DNA of 64,000 nucleotides from Adineta vaga. Lineage: Eukaryota > Animalia > Rotifera. Every line of letters begins with the position of its first letter. Positions within the stretch are counted from its first letter, which is position 1. The notes under the pieces are model-generated. The model was not told where the DNA came from. It ran no database searches and was given only the letters and a program-made list of their open reading frames with translations. A program made the position numbers and the translations under genes. The DNA lies in NCBI GenBank assembly GCA_021613535.1, contig CP075493.1, positions 11,098,001 through 11,162,000 of the forward strand, read 5' to 3'. Shown piece after piece: positions 25,364-38,754 of this stretch.

Positions 25364-26733
25364 CAACAATATCAAAATAAATATCCACTGTTTCAGACAT
25401 CGAAGAAATTGATACCCATTCGTCGACTCCATGAACATTTCCTCCAATAGGTCCAAATCCACAAATTGTTGGAATACCACTATCAATTAACATATATCCT
25501 TCATTAGCTGGACCACATCCATTTGTTGTTGGAGTTATTTTTAGTATTTTTTCAACAGCATTAACACAGGAATGGACGAGCGGATGATTTGTATCAATGG
25601 TCGCAGCTGGTAACTGATTTTTAATTGTAATAAAAGCTGATAGTCGAGTAGATGAAGATAATTCATTTCGCCCATTGATTGTCATTGTGACAATATCTTC
25701 AATTTTATGTAAAATATCATCAACAGATGTCGATGGCATTAGACGAATGTCAACCATAGCTGAAGCATGTGACGGTACGACAGATACGAAACCACCACCA
25801 TTGAAGATCGTACCTGGTGTTACAGTTAATGTTAGATTAGGAAATGATGGATTTTGATCAGCATTCCATGGATAATCTTCTAAGGCAACTAATATTCGAG
25901 CTAAAGCAGTGGTCTATCGAAAAGAACAAGAACATCATGTTTCGAATAGTTTATAAGAATTCACAAACCGCATTTGCTCCTTTCTTTTTTGTATTCCATT
26001 CTACACTTCCCGTGTGTGCATTCTCACCTTTTACATCAATTGATAATCTTAATAAACCTCGATGTCCAATAGTCACATTCACACCTGGATAAACATAGAT
26101 AGCACCTTCACCTGAAATCAATTTCTTATCTAATAAATAACGAACACCAATTGTTGAACAAGCTCCACTTTCTTCATCAACAACACATGCTAATTGAATA
26201 CTAATATTTAGTTTCTGTTCTAAAAGTTGTCATTTTTCTCGAAAAGATATTAATCAATCAATCAAATTATCTATATTCCTACCATTAATTCGTTGTTGCA
26301 GTAAATATAATGTATATAAAGCACATACGATTCCACCTTTATTATCACATGCACCACGTCCAATCATTCGTTGAGTTTTCTCGTCAATCATACCAGCAAA
26401 TGGTGGAAATGACCATTGAGTTTCATCTTCAACATTCACCGTGTCCATATGACCAACAAATAAAAATTTCGAAGGACCCTTTCCTTACATAATTCCATAG
26501 AATGATATATTTTTTCTTATCAAATAATGCAACATACCAGCAGTTACAATTACATTTGGTCGATGTTCTTGATCGGGTGCTGATATCAAATCATATTTTA
26601 ATTTTAAACGTTCACATTCAAGACAAATTCGTTCAGCAACTAAACGTTCAGCGTCAATTCCACAGACTGATCGTATCCGTATCAAATCAGATAAAAACGA
26701 AATCATCGATGGTGTGAAACTAGTAGTCATCAT
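25338..26733 (-). CDS. M20 family metallo-amidohydrolase (ArgE/DapE-like), bacterial type, with three spliceosomal introns
   Basis: Spliced product has GHMDTV, GRGACDNKGG, VVDEESG, GHRG, GENAHTG, VVPSHASAMVDIR, GFGP..GNVHGVDEWV; introns at about 26485-26537, 26220-26282 and 25914-25968 restore a full frame. Confidence 0.88.
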
Positions 26734-27190
26734 TGAATTAATTGAAAATCGTATGTGAATGAATGATCAAAAAGGACGAGAATGGTCATTTATTTTGACT
26801 AATGATAAGAAATAAAATATCGTACCGTCAGTTAGCGACAAGATTTTTTATTATAGTTCTACAACCAAATATCAATAACAAAGATTGTGTTCAATATTTG
26901 TTTCCTTTATGACTAACATGAAATATAAGGCTAATGAATTGTTGTGATAATGAAGTGTAATATACATAAGTAGTTCCTCGCTGGAGACTGGTATAAGCAT
27001 AGAGTATATGTTCAGATATATTGCTACACATAAGTTTTGTTATAGTCATATTATAAATTCAAACTTTTCTTTGATACTCGATCTATTCACCATTTATAAT
27101 TGCACTTTTCGATAGCCACATGTTCTCATCTTATCAACTAAATATATAAGACAAAAGCAATCCCAAGCGTATTGAATTTACGAAAAACAA

Positions 27191-27790
27191 ATGACAATGA
27201 ATGTAGACTATAAAGAAACTTCTCGTATTCAACTTTCAGCAATTGATTCTGCAAATGAATATATTTATCAAGCAATAAAAGTACTTAAAAGCCAACCAAA
27301 ATCTTCTCTTTCAATTATTGCCGATTTTGGTTTAGTTCAAGGATCGAATTGGATGCATGTTATGAAAACAATTATTCAATATTTAAAAGAAAGAAATAAA
27401 ATCAAAGATGAAAATGAAATTCTTATTATTCATAGTGATCGACTGACAAATGAATGAATAATACGTTTTTAATCTTCTTAATATGCGATCATCAAATCTA
27501 TACTACGGTATATGACTAATGGTCGATCTTTCTTTCTACAAATCATGTTTATACCTTCAAATTCTCTTTCAATCGCTTGTTCATTGAAAGTAATTAAAGC
27601 AGATTTGAAATCTCTTCAGTTTTATTTTATTCAACAGCGGAAAAATCAACAAATAACACACGATGAATTGATTCAATCGATCAAGTTTCATGTTCGAATA
27701 CATAGTAATAAGCTAAGAGAAAATGTCTATAAACTATATCTGTTCAATTCCGAAAAAGAAATGATCTTCTTGCACTAAATCATTGGCTGC
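27191..27790 (+). pseudogene. SABATH-family (Methyltransf_7, carboxyl methyltransferase) pseudogene
   Basis: Y...S..Q, IIADFGLVQGSN (IAD.G.S.G.N motif), IIHSDRLTNE* with TGA at the usual Trp, then GRSFF and PSNSL in a shifted frame; internal deletion. Confidence 0.7.
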
Positions 27791-28153
27791 TTAGTCAAAC
27801 GTACTTTTGTTGAAATAAACAATAATTGTTACATGATTTGTACTATTAAGAACTTCAAGAAGGATATGAAATCTATAAAATACTATGATTCGCATGCATT
27901 GATTCATTTATGGAAATATCTCTCTATGTCTTATTATGGAAAATTACCCATGACGCATAAAATTACGAGTAGATATGGTCAAATAAACGTGCTCAAAGTG
28001 AGAGAAAAGTCAATCGTCGATAGCGTTCAATTTCTTCGTTATATTATTTTACTTTATAGTTACGTTTATATATCCGGATTAATTTTATTTAAATAAAGAG
28101 AAAATCATGATTAGATATAGAATGATGCAAAAATGTAAAGAAAAAAGTGAGTG

Positions 28154-28817
28154 TTAGTCATGAATATTAAGAGCCACGAATTCATGATTATCGTTTCTTT
28201 CAGTACGTTGAAATTGTCGGTGGTTTTTCCATAGGATTGTACCATGCGTACACAGTAAGAAGAAGGGTATCAATAGTAAGAACACAAACAAGGCACCCGT
28301 AGCTTCAGGTAATAATTTGAATAGTGCTTTGTAATTAGGACGATCAAACACTATTAATGTATCATCGTTTTCATGATAGAAACACGTATATTGTTACCAA
28401 TCTAAGCACAAGAGAAATGTATGTAATAAAAACCAGTTTTATATAAATACGATAGTATTTACCTGCGTTTCTAGTGGATATCTTGCTTCCATATTCGATT
28501 TTACAAGAATAGAAGCTTTACCTGTTTTGTTGTTAATACGATACGTTACAAATATTTGTTCATCGAAACATCGTACTTTCTTACAGAAAAGTAGAGTGCA
28601 ACTCGAACATAATGTACTTGTTACCGTGTAATTCGATAATTGACAGCTTGTATTCTTGTAAACAGCACGTTCGACTTCACCGTGAATATATGTAATTGTT
28701 ATACTTCCACTATAAATTACAAAAGACAGTCCACGTTACAACCAAGAAACAGCACAACTCATGAAAGATTGCTCGATTAGGGACACTGTATGGTGTGTCT
28801 GATTGTAATCGATTCAT
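28154..28817 (-). pseudogene. Two-TM protein with Cys-containing extracellular loop (KCNMB/TipE-like topology), frameshifted paralog of 31679-32322
   Basis: YKNTSCQLSNYTV...C..C.L.FC...RCFDEQIFV aligns with the paralog; frameshifts near 28735 and 28390; one intron. Confidence 0.7.
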
Positions 28818-29710
28818 TTTTATCAGCTGTGTGAATAGGTTATTATCATCAAAATCAAGATTTTATATAAAATGATGGTTGGGACATTTCTTACCTGTTA
28901 AAGTGATGTAAGAAAAATTTTCCAACACTGAATAATAATGAGGGAAAAAATATTAGTCAATGATTACAGATATCTATTGAAATTATTTTTGTTTCTCCTT
29001 ATATAAAAATCATATATGCCTTAGTTGACGTTACGAAGAAAGACGGAGGACTTCAAGCATAACAAAATGATTAAGCTTTGCTTTTTTTAATTAAATGAAA
29101 CAGGAAAACCACATTCTTTCTTTTGTGCATAAAAAAGCATGACTAAAGAGTTAATAATAGTCTACCGATATTATTGATAATGCATCGACGTATGACGCGA
29201 GTACTCGTTTGCAGAAACGCAATAAGTAATCCACAAACCGCATATCAAAATTTGTTTCGTAAGCAGTCTCCCACGGAAAAAGTTTTTAACAAATACCACT
29301 ATCTATTTTTTATTTATTTTCGTCTGATTAGATTCGAATATCTTACCAAGTGATTGCAATCCAGTAATTCCATTGAATCATCCGGTGATGTTCATACTGA
29401 TATTAAATATGATATTCTATCTAATTAGTGATAAAAAAATCTTCTCATTTTGACTGATTTGTTTCATTTATTAGTAGATTTATAAGAATCTTATAATTCC
29501 TAATAATTTATAGCTGATATATAATTTTATTAAATTTTCTGAGATATTCATGTTGATGATGTTCTATATGGGATATATAAAATCTTATTTATTACTCATA
29601 GTTATGATTATTTAAGGTCTGTACGTCAAAACACATGAGAATCCTACTCAATACATTTATCTTGATTTCATCAGTCGATAAAACAGATTTGTGTCTATTT
29701 TTTTTATCTC

Positions 29711-29776
29711 TAGACATGCGCCAAACTCAAACCCAGACTTACCAATCCCTAACAGTTTGGGTTTGATGCATGTCTA
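29711..29776. mobile_element. Tiny MITE-like inverted-repeat element (66 bp including terminal TA)
   Basis: TAGACATGCGCCAAACTCAAAC matches the reverse complement of the right end (TAGACATGCATCAAACCCAAAC) at 19 of 22 positions; TA at both ends. Confidence 0.6.
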
Positions 29777-30228
29777 TTTTATCTTTGAAATTTTACCATC
29801 TCATGGACATATTGTTACAAATGATCATCCCATTGAAATCTGACTAATACCCAGACACATAGCTTTCGTTTAGTTTTGCTTGGGGGGGATTAAGGGAGAA
29901 AGTCTCCCAATTTCAAAGAGAAAGCAATCCAAACTCAAGGAGAAAGTAGTACACATCGGAAGAGAAACAGGACATAGGGAAGAAGCAAATATTGCATTTC
30001 TCAGAAATCATTCGTATGCGATATAGCAAGCAATTCTTCCTAGGTTAATGTAGAGAAAACTGTTTTGTAATAGAAAGTACAACAAGTTTGTTTACGTACG
30101 ACTACTCGTGCTTATTAAAAGATAAAAAGAGTTATGTTACTGAAATTCTCAGAGAGAAAACCAGTATATAGAAAAAAAAACTTAGGGAGAGAAAATACCC
30201 CCTCATCCCTCTCTAATCGTAGGGTCTG

Positions 30229-30497
30229 CCCAGACAGACAAAATCGATAAAGAACGACGTTCTTTTGTTGTTTTTTTCCAATAAAATGTATATTTACTAC
30301 GTAAAAAAATATACTTTTGTAGGCCTAAAAACGATTTTTTTTCTCTCTCGACAGAAAATAGCCAATCACGACGTTTGTACATGCACAAAATTGTGTTTTT
30401 TCACGTGATAAATATATGTATTGTTGAAAAACACCAACATAATAACGTCGTTTTTTTTCTCTTGAAGCGCATTTTTTATCGATTTTGTCGGCCTGAG
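30229..30497. mobile_element. MITE-like element with imperfect terminal inverted repeats
   Basis: CCCAGACAGACAAAATCGATAAAGAA versus reverse complement of right end CTCAGGCCGACAAAATCGATAAAAAA (22 of 26); further inverted ACGACGTT/AACGTCGT inside. Confidence 0.5.
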
Positions 30498-30999
30498 TAT
30501 CTTGAAGATGTATTCGTGTCTATTTTAAGTCAATACAATATTAGATTAATCTATAACGTCTATTTGAATTTAGTTTAATAATTTCTCCGCAATTTGACTG
30601 TTAGAATAAGTCTTTTGATCTCAACTCATTTCATCTGTCAATAATAAATATACTAAATCTAATTTCAAACAAAAATATCTTTTTTTAAATTTAACTACAA
30701 TTACATAGATCGAGATTGTTCTAATATATCATTCTGACAAGAGTCATTAAAAAAATCTGACCATATTATTAACACAAAATTATTTAAAACAATGATATCT
30801 TCGTACATAATATAATACCTATACGTGCTTATTTTCAAGACGAAAATTTTTCATAGTTATATGCGGGTTTAACTTCTAGTAGAATTGACTTATTGAAAAA
30901 TAGTTTTATAAGGTACATTAAAAATTACATCGATAGACAGATAAAGATGATTTTAATATTCTTGGAGAACTTCTCTATCAATTTGCACAATCTTATCTC

Positions 31000-31330
31000 A
31001 TTTCGCAAGAATTAGTCAAATATACGTTCCCAATTCATGTTCGTTCATATGTAGAATGTCTAGATCATCAACGTTTTGTTCGTTGTTGATTGGCAGTAAT
31101 TAAAGCAGATTTGAAAGCTCTTCAGTTTTCTTTTATTCAACAATGACCAAATCTAGAAATAATAGAAGATGAATTGATTGAATCAATGATATTCTGTTCG
31201 AAGTCGGCCGAGATCAATTCTGGTCTTTATATACAGCAGAAAATTACAAGAAATTTTCGATGAACTATAAATAAACAAATATGACATCTACACCATTCAG
31301 ACGGTCATTCAATATATGAGGACATATACG
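31000..31330 (+). pseudogene. Second remnant of the SABATH methyltransferase (3' part)
   Basis: 31096-31190 GTAATTAAAGCAGATTTGAAAGCTCTTCAGTTTT...GATGAATTGATT is a clear diverged copy of 27590-27680. Confidence 0.6.
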
Positions 31331-31678
31331 AAATGAACAACATGCAATGATTCACATCAATAATCTTTGAATATTGTTAGATATTCATACAGTTATTCAA
31401 ATATCTCGATCCGTTGCACTCGTGAAAAGCACTTAAGAGCAAACAACATGTACAAGGTTAGCAAAAAAAAGTACAAAAAAATCAACCATTCATATCTTTT
31501 CATAACAGTATTCGTAGATATATTACTCATCAGACACTTGCTTTTCATTTTATAATAACAAAAAGTATCGTATTGATTTGTTTTTTATATTTCTAGTTTT
31601 CGTTTATTTAGATAATGAAAAAGTATAAATGTTTGTTTAGTTTACGAAAGAAAAAAAAAGTTATATGAGATGTAAGCA

Positions 31679-32322
31679 TTATTCAAGATCATTGATGGGT
31701 ATAAAATTGTAATTTTTGTTGCTAGTTTTACGTAAAACCAAATATTGGCAACAGTTGTATATGTTCGAAAAATAAAGACAAATCGAGGTTATTATAATAA
31801 ATGCTACGCCTAAACAAATCAGTAAAATACTAATATACAATGAATTGGAGAGTAAACTAAGATGAGGCGTATCAAAGACAACTAATTCAACATCTTGTTT
31901 ATGATGAAAACATGTGTAATTGTTACTAATCTAAATATATAAATAAATAAATAAATCATATGATAAAACCAACCTATGATATATACCTGCAGATGTTTGT
32001 ATTTTTCGTATGTATTAGATTTTGAAAGAATAGAGCTGTCGATTGTTTTATTATTAGCACGATAGGCTACAAATACTTGTTCATCAAAACATCGTTCCAT
32101 TGTACAATGAAACAGAATGCAATTAGAGCTGAAATATTTTGAAACTGTGTAATTCAACACTTGACAACTTGTATTTGTATAAGATGCTTGTTCATGTTCA
32201 ACATGAAAATATACAAATACAATACTTCCACTACAGATTAAACATGAAATCAATATGAGAAACAAGTAGAAATGTAAATGCCCGGGTTTTTTTTCACGTA
32301 TGTTGGTGCGAACTGGATCCAT
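31679..32322 (-). CDS. Two-TM protein with Cys-rich extracellular loop (BK-channel beta subunit/TipE-like topology); one intron about 31931-31986
   Basis: TM1 FYLFLILISCLICSGSIVFVYF, loop with NTSC/NYT glycosylation sites and several Cys, spliced exon 2 ISNNYTCFHHKQDVELVVFD then TM2 LYISILLICLGVAFIIITSICLYF. Confidence 0.72.
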
Positions 32323-33448
32323 ATCTACTAGTTGAACAAATGAAGAAACTCGGTCGATTACAGAGTATATTTATACAATTGATTGTTGGAAGAAAAATTA
32401 TCTGATTACTATCGTATAGGTCGACAAGTTTTCATCGGCATGATGGTATTTTCCATCAATTATCGCTAAAAATAGTAAAAGAAAAACGTCATTTTTGTTT
32501 TTTGCTTATATTTGTCCTTGATTTAACGTTTTCATAAATATGATTAAGCTCGTCGATAATATAGTTCGATGTTTCTAGAAAATATGTATTCAATTTCTAT
32601 TGAGAAGGGAGTGAATCATAGTAGCTTAAAATGAAAGAGATATTGTCATATATCGCAAAATAAATTAACTTCTTCTTCCTTTTTCTAATTATAAAGATAT
32701 AATTACATTTGTTTACCTTTACGTATCATCGACATACATAAAAGCTTATTCAAATGTATGTCCTATAGTGATAAGAGAGATGCATGAAGCGAGCGTATGT
32801 CCAAAAAATAATTTGATCGATAAACAAAACATTTCTTAGCATGTATTTTGAAAGTATTCTAAACGAAAATTATTTACTCAGTACTTTCACCTTTACTAAC
32901 TTCAGTCAGAATTCAATTCAATGTCATTCGATGAGATATCGTATGTATAGAAAAACAGTTTGTCATATAATAAAAATAGTCATATGACTAATTATTCAAT
33001 CACTCGTATTTCTCTCTTTAATGAAGAGAAGGTCAGTCGCAATGATGACGTATGAAAATCAACAGAATTTGTATAAATTATAATTACAGCGATTTTCATT
33101 CTTATGAATGATTATGTTCAGAAATTCAATTTTTCATCAGTATTCAATCATACTGATCGAATTATTCGAAGAGATCAATACAATATCTAATTGTTATGAT
33201 ACAAAACTATCATTTCAATTTAGTGAAACATCATTTCTTATTAAAAATTGACAAAAACCAGTTGTACGAAGTTCGAAAATTATTTTCAGTAGATCAACGA
33301 GGAAAAAATCCATTGCTTTAAAAAAAATGAGACACAAGAATAAATGTTTTATTTAGAAAACAAATGGACGTTTTTAACAGGATGAGATATGTTCATTTTT
33401 ATTTAACATCAGAGATGTTATACCGCCAACAGAAGTAACAAAAAAAGA

Positions 33449-33650
33449 TTGTTCTTGATGTCGGCGATGGACAATTTTCGACTATAATTTAAATATTAAC
33501 AATCAATGAAGAAAATTCGTATTTTTATTGATCGTAATGATGATCTCTTTTATGAGATTTTGGAATACATGAGAAATGTGAAGAGCTACTATATAGTTGA
33601 TGATAAACGCTTGCGACGAAACTTACTGAACGAAGCTGATTTTTTCTAGC
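33449..33650 (+). pseudogene. BTB/POZ (potassium channel tetramerisation, KCTD-type) domain relic
   Basis: IVLDVGDGQFST ... YFIDRNDDLFYEILEYMRN ... LLNEADFF* read across frameshifts, with an internal deletion. Confidence 0.65.
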
Positions 33651-33762
33651 TACATACAGTATATATATAAAACATAAAGAAAGAATTAACATCAGGTTTA
33701 GTTGAACTGATTGAACAAGAAAAGCGTTTATATTTTATTACGCATTTGAATTTCTATCTGAT

Positions 33763-33806
33763 TAAGTCAGTAGATATAATCATGAGTAAGTCAGTAGATA
33801 TAATCA
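33763..33806 (+). repeat. 20-bp direct repeat with 4-nt spacer
   Basis: TAAGTCAGTAGATATAATCA at 33763-33782 and 33787-33806. Confidence 0.8.
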
Positions 33807-34050
33807 AAATTACTTTTGATTTTTCATGCATTGTTTGACACGAACCGGAAATATAGATACATCAGTTTCTAGTTGTCGCTGTAAATTTAATTAATTTTAA
33901 TTATATAAAACTCACATATACGCACGTTGTCTATTCTACTATTCTTAATCATTTCCGTCTTTCGTATCTTCTTCTTTTTGGATATAAATTTATAACAGTA
34001 CAAACGCATCATTTCATTTCAAACACACGCCTAGACTAGTCGAGAACACT

Positions 34051-35108
34051 ATGGGTAACGCATCATCGATTGACTTTATCGCATTAAATCGAGCAATTAA
34101 TCGTTATGTTCCAATGCCTCTTCTCTTCTTTGGTATCATTGGAAATATTTTAAATCTATTCATATTCACACGAAAAACTTTTCATAATAATATTTGTGTT
34201 ATATACTTTTTGGGATCAACTATATTTGATTCTTTTGTTATTATCGTTGGACTTCTTCCTCGTTTATTCAATGGATATGGCATAGATCTATCACAAAATT
34301 TTGCAATACTGTGTAAGTTGAGATTCTTTTTCACCTATTATGCAGGATATGTAGCAGCTTGGTTTATTGGTTTTGCTTGTATTGAACGATATCTTTCTTC
34401 ATCAATAAGTGTTTACAAACGGCAATGGTTTACAAAGAAACGTACCTATGCATCAATGATTATTATTCTCATATTTGGATTTATTGCTTTTGGAGAACAT
34501 TTCTATTGTATTGATATTAATCAAAATCTGTTTGGTGCACCACAATCCTGCTATCAATTAAAACTAAATACTGAATGTCAAATTATGGATAGTTTATTAC
34601 AACTTATCTTTGAAATTTTAATACCAGTATTGATGATGATCATTTTTGGTTTCTTAACAGTTCAAAATATTCATAATCAACGTTCGCGTATTAATGCGGT
34701 ACAAATTGTTGATACATCAGTAACAACTACAGTTGAAATGATAAGAACGAATCATCTTTCTACATTTGAAGGAAAACGAAATATACAAAAACGCGATGCA
34801 CAATTACTAACCATGTTACTCGTACAAGTAAGTAATAGAAGATGAAATGATTTAAATTCTTTTATTATTTTGTGATAATATAGGTTGGTGTTTTTGCCAT
34901 TTCAACATTTCCTATCGGTGTCTATAAACTCTATTCTATTGCAACTATTCATGAGATCAAATCGACATTACAGCGATCAATTGAAAATACAATATTTAAT
35001 ATCTCCGTGATTAGTTTGTTTTTCAATAATTGCATTACATTTTATATTTATACACTATTTGGATCTGTATTTCGGAGAGAATTAGTCAAATTGTTTCGCT
35101 CCGTGTAA
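34051..35108 (+). CDS. Orphan class A GPCR; exons 34051-34827 and 34884-35108
   Basis: GIIGNILN, LCKLRFF, CIERY, QLLTMLLVQ|VGVFAISTFP, FYIYTL.G.VFRREL; frame kept across the intron. Confidence 0.9.
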
Positions 35109-35186
35109 CTTTAACAAGAGTATAGATGCAGAATAAAATAGTTAATAGTTTATTTTCTAAGTTTTTCAACTATACAATTACTTGAT

Positions 35187-36827
35187 TTAGTTCAAATATT
35201 CTTCTAATACCAATGTGGATAGAGGAGGAATAGCCAATCGAAATAAAGTTGCCCGTCCATGATGATACATTACTTTAACATTTTCATTTTGATACAATCC
35301 TGATCCACCATAAATAGGATTATCGGAGTTAAAAATTTCAATAACTTTCTGAAGTTGTGTCACATGTGAATCCCACATTGGCAATGGTATATCGTAGGAT
35401 CAATAAGCACGATTAGAAAAGTTATGAATACCTCGATGATAGGCCACAATAAGATTAGATTTGTATTCATAAATCATTGAAAAATCTTGTTCACCATTTT
35501 GCTAGAATTCTTGCTGATGGAGATAGAGTTTATTTAAATCAGCGATATATTCTTGCATTTTTCCATGTAGTGTTGAAGAATCGCTCAATGACCAATCGAC
35601 ACTGGATTGACCCTGATGAAATCGATGAAACCATGAGATTGGTTGAGCAAGTTCATCACCCATATGTATCATCATGTCCTTGTGCTGAATAGAGAATATT
35701 TAAAACTTTTTGTTGCCAATGATTAGGTCTTTCATGATAATGTGTACGTAAAAGATTCATTGCATCATAACATCAACCAATATTCCATTTTAAATCAAAA
35801 CCCATTGTTTTACATAAACGTGGATAACCTTCAGTTTTGTTCGGCAATCGATAGAACACCAGGATAATATCGATGAATTGTATCATTGAGTTCACGAAGA
35901 AATGTAATAGCTCGAGAAATATCATTCGAATTACGTAGTATCATTTGACTAACAGCATCAAAACGAATTTCATCAAGAAAATATAGAGCACTATAGCAAA
36001 TAACAAACGATATGTTTCTTCTTTATTATGATCTAAATAAAGTGTTCCCCATCGTGATGAATCACTTGCATACAAATCAGTACCATCGAATTCATGAAGA
36101 GAAACAGAAAACGAATGTGATGCATGATAGTGATGAAAATGTGTAGGAATCCAATCGATTATAACACCAATATCATGTTGATGTAAATAGTCGACAAAAT
36201 ATTTAAAAACATCACATTGACCATTATCATGGTAAGGCGCAAAAAAGTTAGATATTTGATAGCCACGTTCAGTTTTTCGAGAATGTTCAAGCAAACCATA
36301 TACTTCAACATGAGTAAATCCCATTCGTTGACAATATGTAGCCAATTCAGGTACTAATTTTCGATAATTTATTGGTTGAAAGACACCATATTTCCATGAT
36401 TTCGGTTGCATTTCATAGATTGATAATGGCGATGAAAGAGGATCGATTAACGTACGTTTCATCATCCAATTCTGATCCTTCGATTGATAAGCTGTTCGAT
36501 CATAAACAATTGATTGTACTTGACCAACTTCTGATATATCAATAACAGAGAAACTTACCGGATCTATTCGTAACATTCGGTGACCATTATAACCATTAAC
36601 AAGATAGCGATAAGTACGATCGGTGGTGCTTGATTACTAATGACTTGCCAAAGATTTGTATTCTTTTTTTGCATTGGTAATCTCATTTCTCCATGACCAT
36701 ATGCAGTTAAAATAACCCATACCATTTTAGCATTTGGTGCATATACAGAAAAAGTTGTTAATTTCGTCTCTTTACAATACTGTGCACCGCGAATTTCATA
36801 AAGTTTAGGATGTGTATTCGACGCCAT
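35187..36827 (-). pseudogene. glgB: Bacterial-type 1,4-alpha-glucan branching enzyme (GH13) pseudogene, intronless
   Basis: FSVYAPNA, SIYEM..SWK, MGFTHVE, GYQISNFFAP, IGVIIDWIPTHF (bacterial DWVP.HF type), RFDAVSQM, GFDLKWNIG, EIFNSD...YGGSG, IPPLS; several frameshifts and a short deletion before the nucleophile. Confidence 0.85.
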
Positions 36828-37925
36828 TATGTTATAATCGGTGAGTAAAAAGCGAAATGATGGTAGTAAACACAAGATGTCTTTATTGAATTTTTCGTTC
36901 TTATCGTAAGAATGACTCATTTCTCAGTAACTATGACCAAAAAATCCAAATTTTCATGATTAATATTTGTTTTGCGAGGAAAAACCCTAATAATGCAATT
37001 CTAGAAATTAAAAATTTCAATAATTAGAAATATCCAAAAGAAGAGTCTTTATAATGAACTAATATTTTCCTGAAATATCTCGATTAATTGATGCAAGAAT
37101 AAGCATCTTTTTGCAAAATAATTGATGAAAAGCTGAAAAATTTTTGTGATGAAGTGGAATTCCATGTCTGAAACAGATGGGAGAGATTAACATACTCTTT
37201 TCACGTTTATTATAGTTCATTTTCGAAGAAACGGAGAAAGTATGTTAAGCTTTTTTAAACTCATGAATAAAAAACAAGTTTATCGATTAAGAAGATTCCA
37301 TCAACAGCATATCATTCGCATATAAAAGCAGAGCGCTGAAACATCCAAATCAGTCTTCTTACATACATCAATCGTCAATACACTACTTGATTCTGATTGC
37401 TAAAGCATATTTAGGTAAACTCGCATTGAATGCCATTCGATCATCTATTATAAATGGATGGCGTAAACTTCCGAACTGGATTAAAGTATATGATAAATAT
37501 TATAAATATATGGATTATCGTGAAGAAGCAATTGAGGATGCATTGTACGAATTAAGTTGTATGACACCAAGTCTTGGCTATAGTTCAAATGCTGCTACCA
37601 TCATCATGAGGCTTTTACCCGTTTAATAAGAAATTCTCTACTTCTATTCATTTTCCTTTCAATTTTAGCAGGAAAATTATATGAAATAAGAGAGTGATGA
37701 TAAAAAACATTTGGTTCATATTTTGAATATATTCATGTGCATATATGAGAAAATGCAGACGATTGTTTTTTTGTTTATTACAGTTTATGAAACAACAATG
37801 AAAACAACAGAAATAGAATAAATGTTGATTATATTTAAATTGATATGAAACAAACAAACAAAGGATGAAAGGGTGCATGAAAGATTAAAGTAATAATTGT
37901 AAGTGTTCTTTAAAAAAATGTATTT

Positions 37926-38324
37926 TTAGCCAATTGGATGAATAATCCTCTTCTGTTGATGAACGTTAAGAAATAAAATCCTCGAAATTACATATATGAA
38001 TTGACGATAAAATCGTTCCGATGTGCAAACATATATATAGAAAGGACACTAAGAATACAAAAATTAATTTGAAATGAATTATTTTCTTATCATTTTTCAT
38101 TTTTATACATACAGCAAAGGTCATATAATATAAACTGAGAGTTATTGTACTGGCAAACTGTAAATTGTCGGCAATAACAGGATTTTTGATGATATCTGCA
38201 CTACGTTGAAGTAGGATCACTATAATATATGGTGTCGTACAGAAAAAATTATAAACAATCTGTACAAGCACAATTCTAGTCAATTGCTTATCCAATTCAC
38301 GTCGAACTAATGGTTTAGTTCGAT
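37926..38324 (-). pseudogene. 3' half (ICL3, TM6, TM7, tail) of an orphan GPCR, abutting a MITE
   Basis: RTKPLVRRELDKQLTRIVLVQ...LYYMTFA, intron, CPFYIYVCTSERF; no continuation found beyond the MITE. Confidence 0.8.
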
Positions 38325-38754
38325 CACTGTTGAGTCCGAAATGATTTTGTCAAAAAGTTTAAATTTAATAGAAATTGTTAAAAATTGATAAACGTTTATA
38401 AATCAGTTTCGGATTTATAAATAGTCCCGGTGTTCGTAAATTGCCTATTAGATGTTCAAAATCTAACGCTAAAATTGAAAAATCTGTGTAACAAAACTTT
38501 TGCGAGAATTCCCCGCTATAAATTTACTTAGCATATCAGTTTTGTTTTTACGCTATCTATGCGAGTATAGAAGTCAACTCACACTATAAATTGATTTCAA
38601 GTTTATAAATCAAAAACTGATTTATAAATAGGCCAGCCTTATGGATTTCTAAAACGTTTATAAATATTTGAAATTTTCAATTCTAAAATTTACAATTTAT
38701 AAATTGATATAAATAAATCGATTTATAAATCACCCTATTTCGGACTCAATAGTG
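38325..38754. mobile_element. Non-autonomous CACTA(EnSpm)-like MITE, 430 bp
   Basis: TIR CACTGTTGAGTCCGAAAT / CACTATTGAGTCCGAAAT (17 of 18); AT on both flanks (possible 2-bp TSD); many internal TTTATAAAT repeats. Confidence 0.82.

Noticed and set aside
29881-30220. G-rich and C-rich ends suggesting a TIR element
   Set aside because: The inverted match is too weak to support
37387-37626. 79-aa ORF and upstream fragments that look coding
   Set aside because: No ATG start, no consistent splice model and no recognisable motif; may be a gene relic
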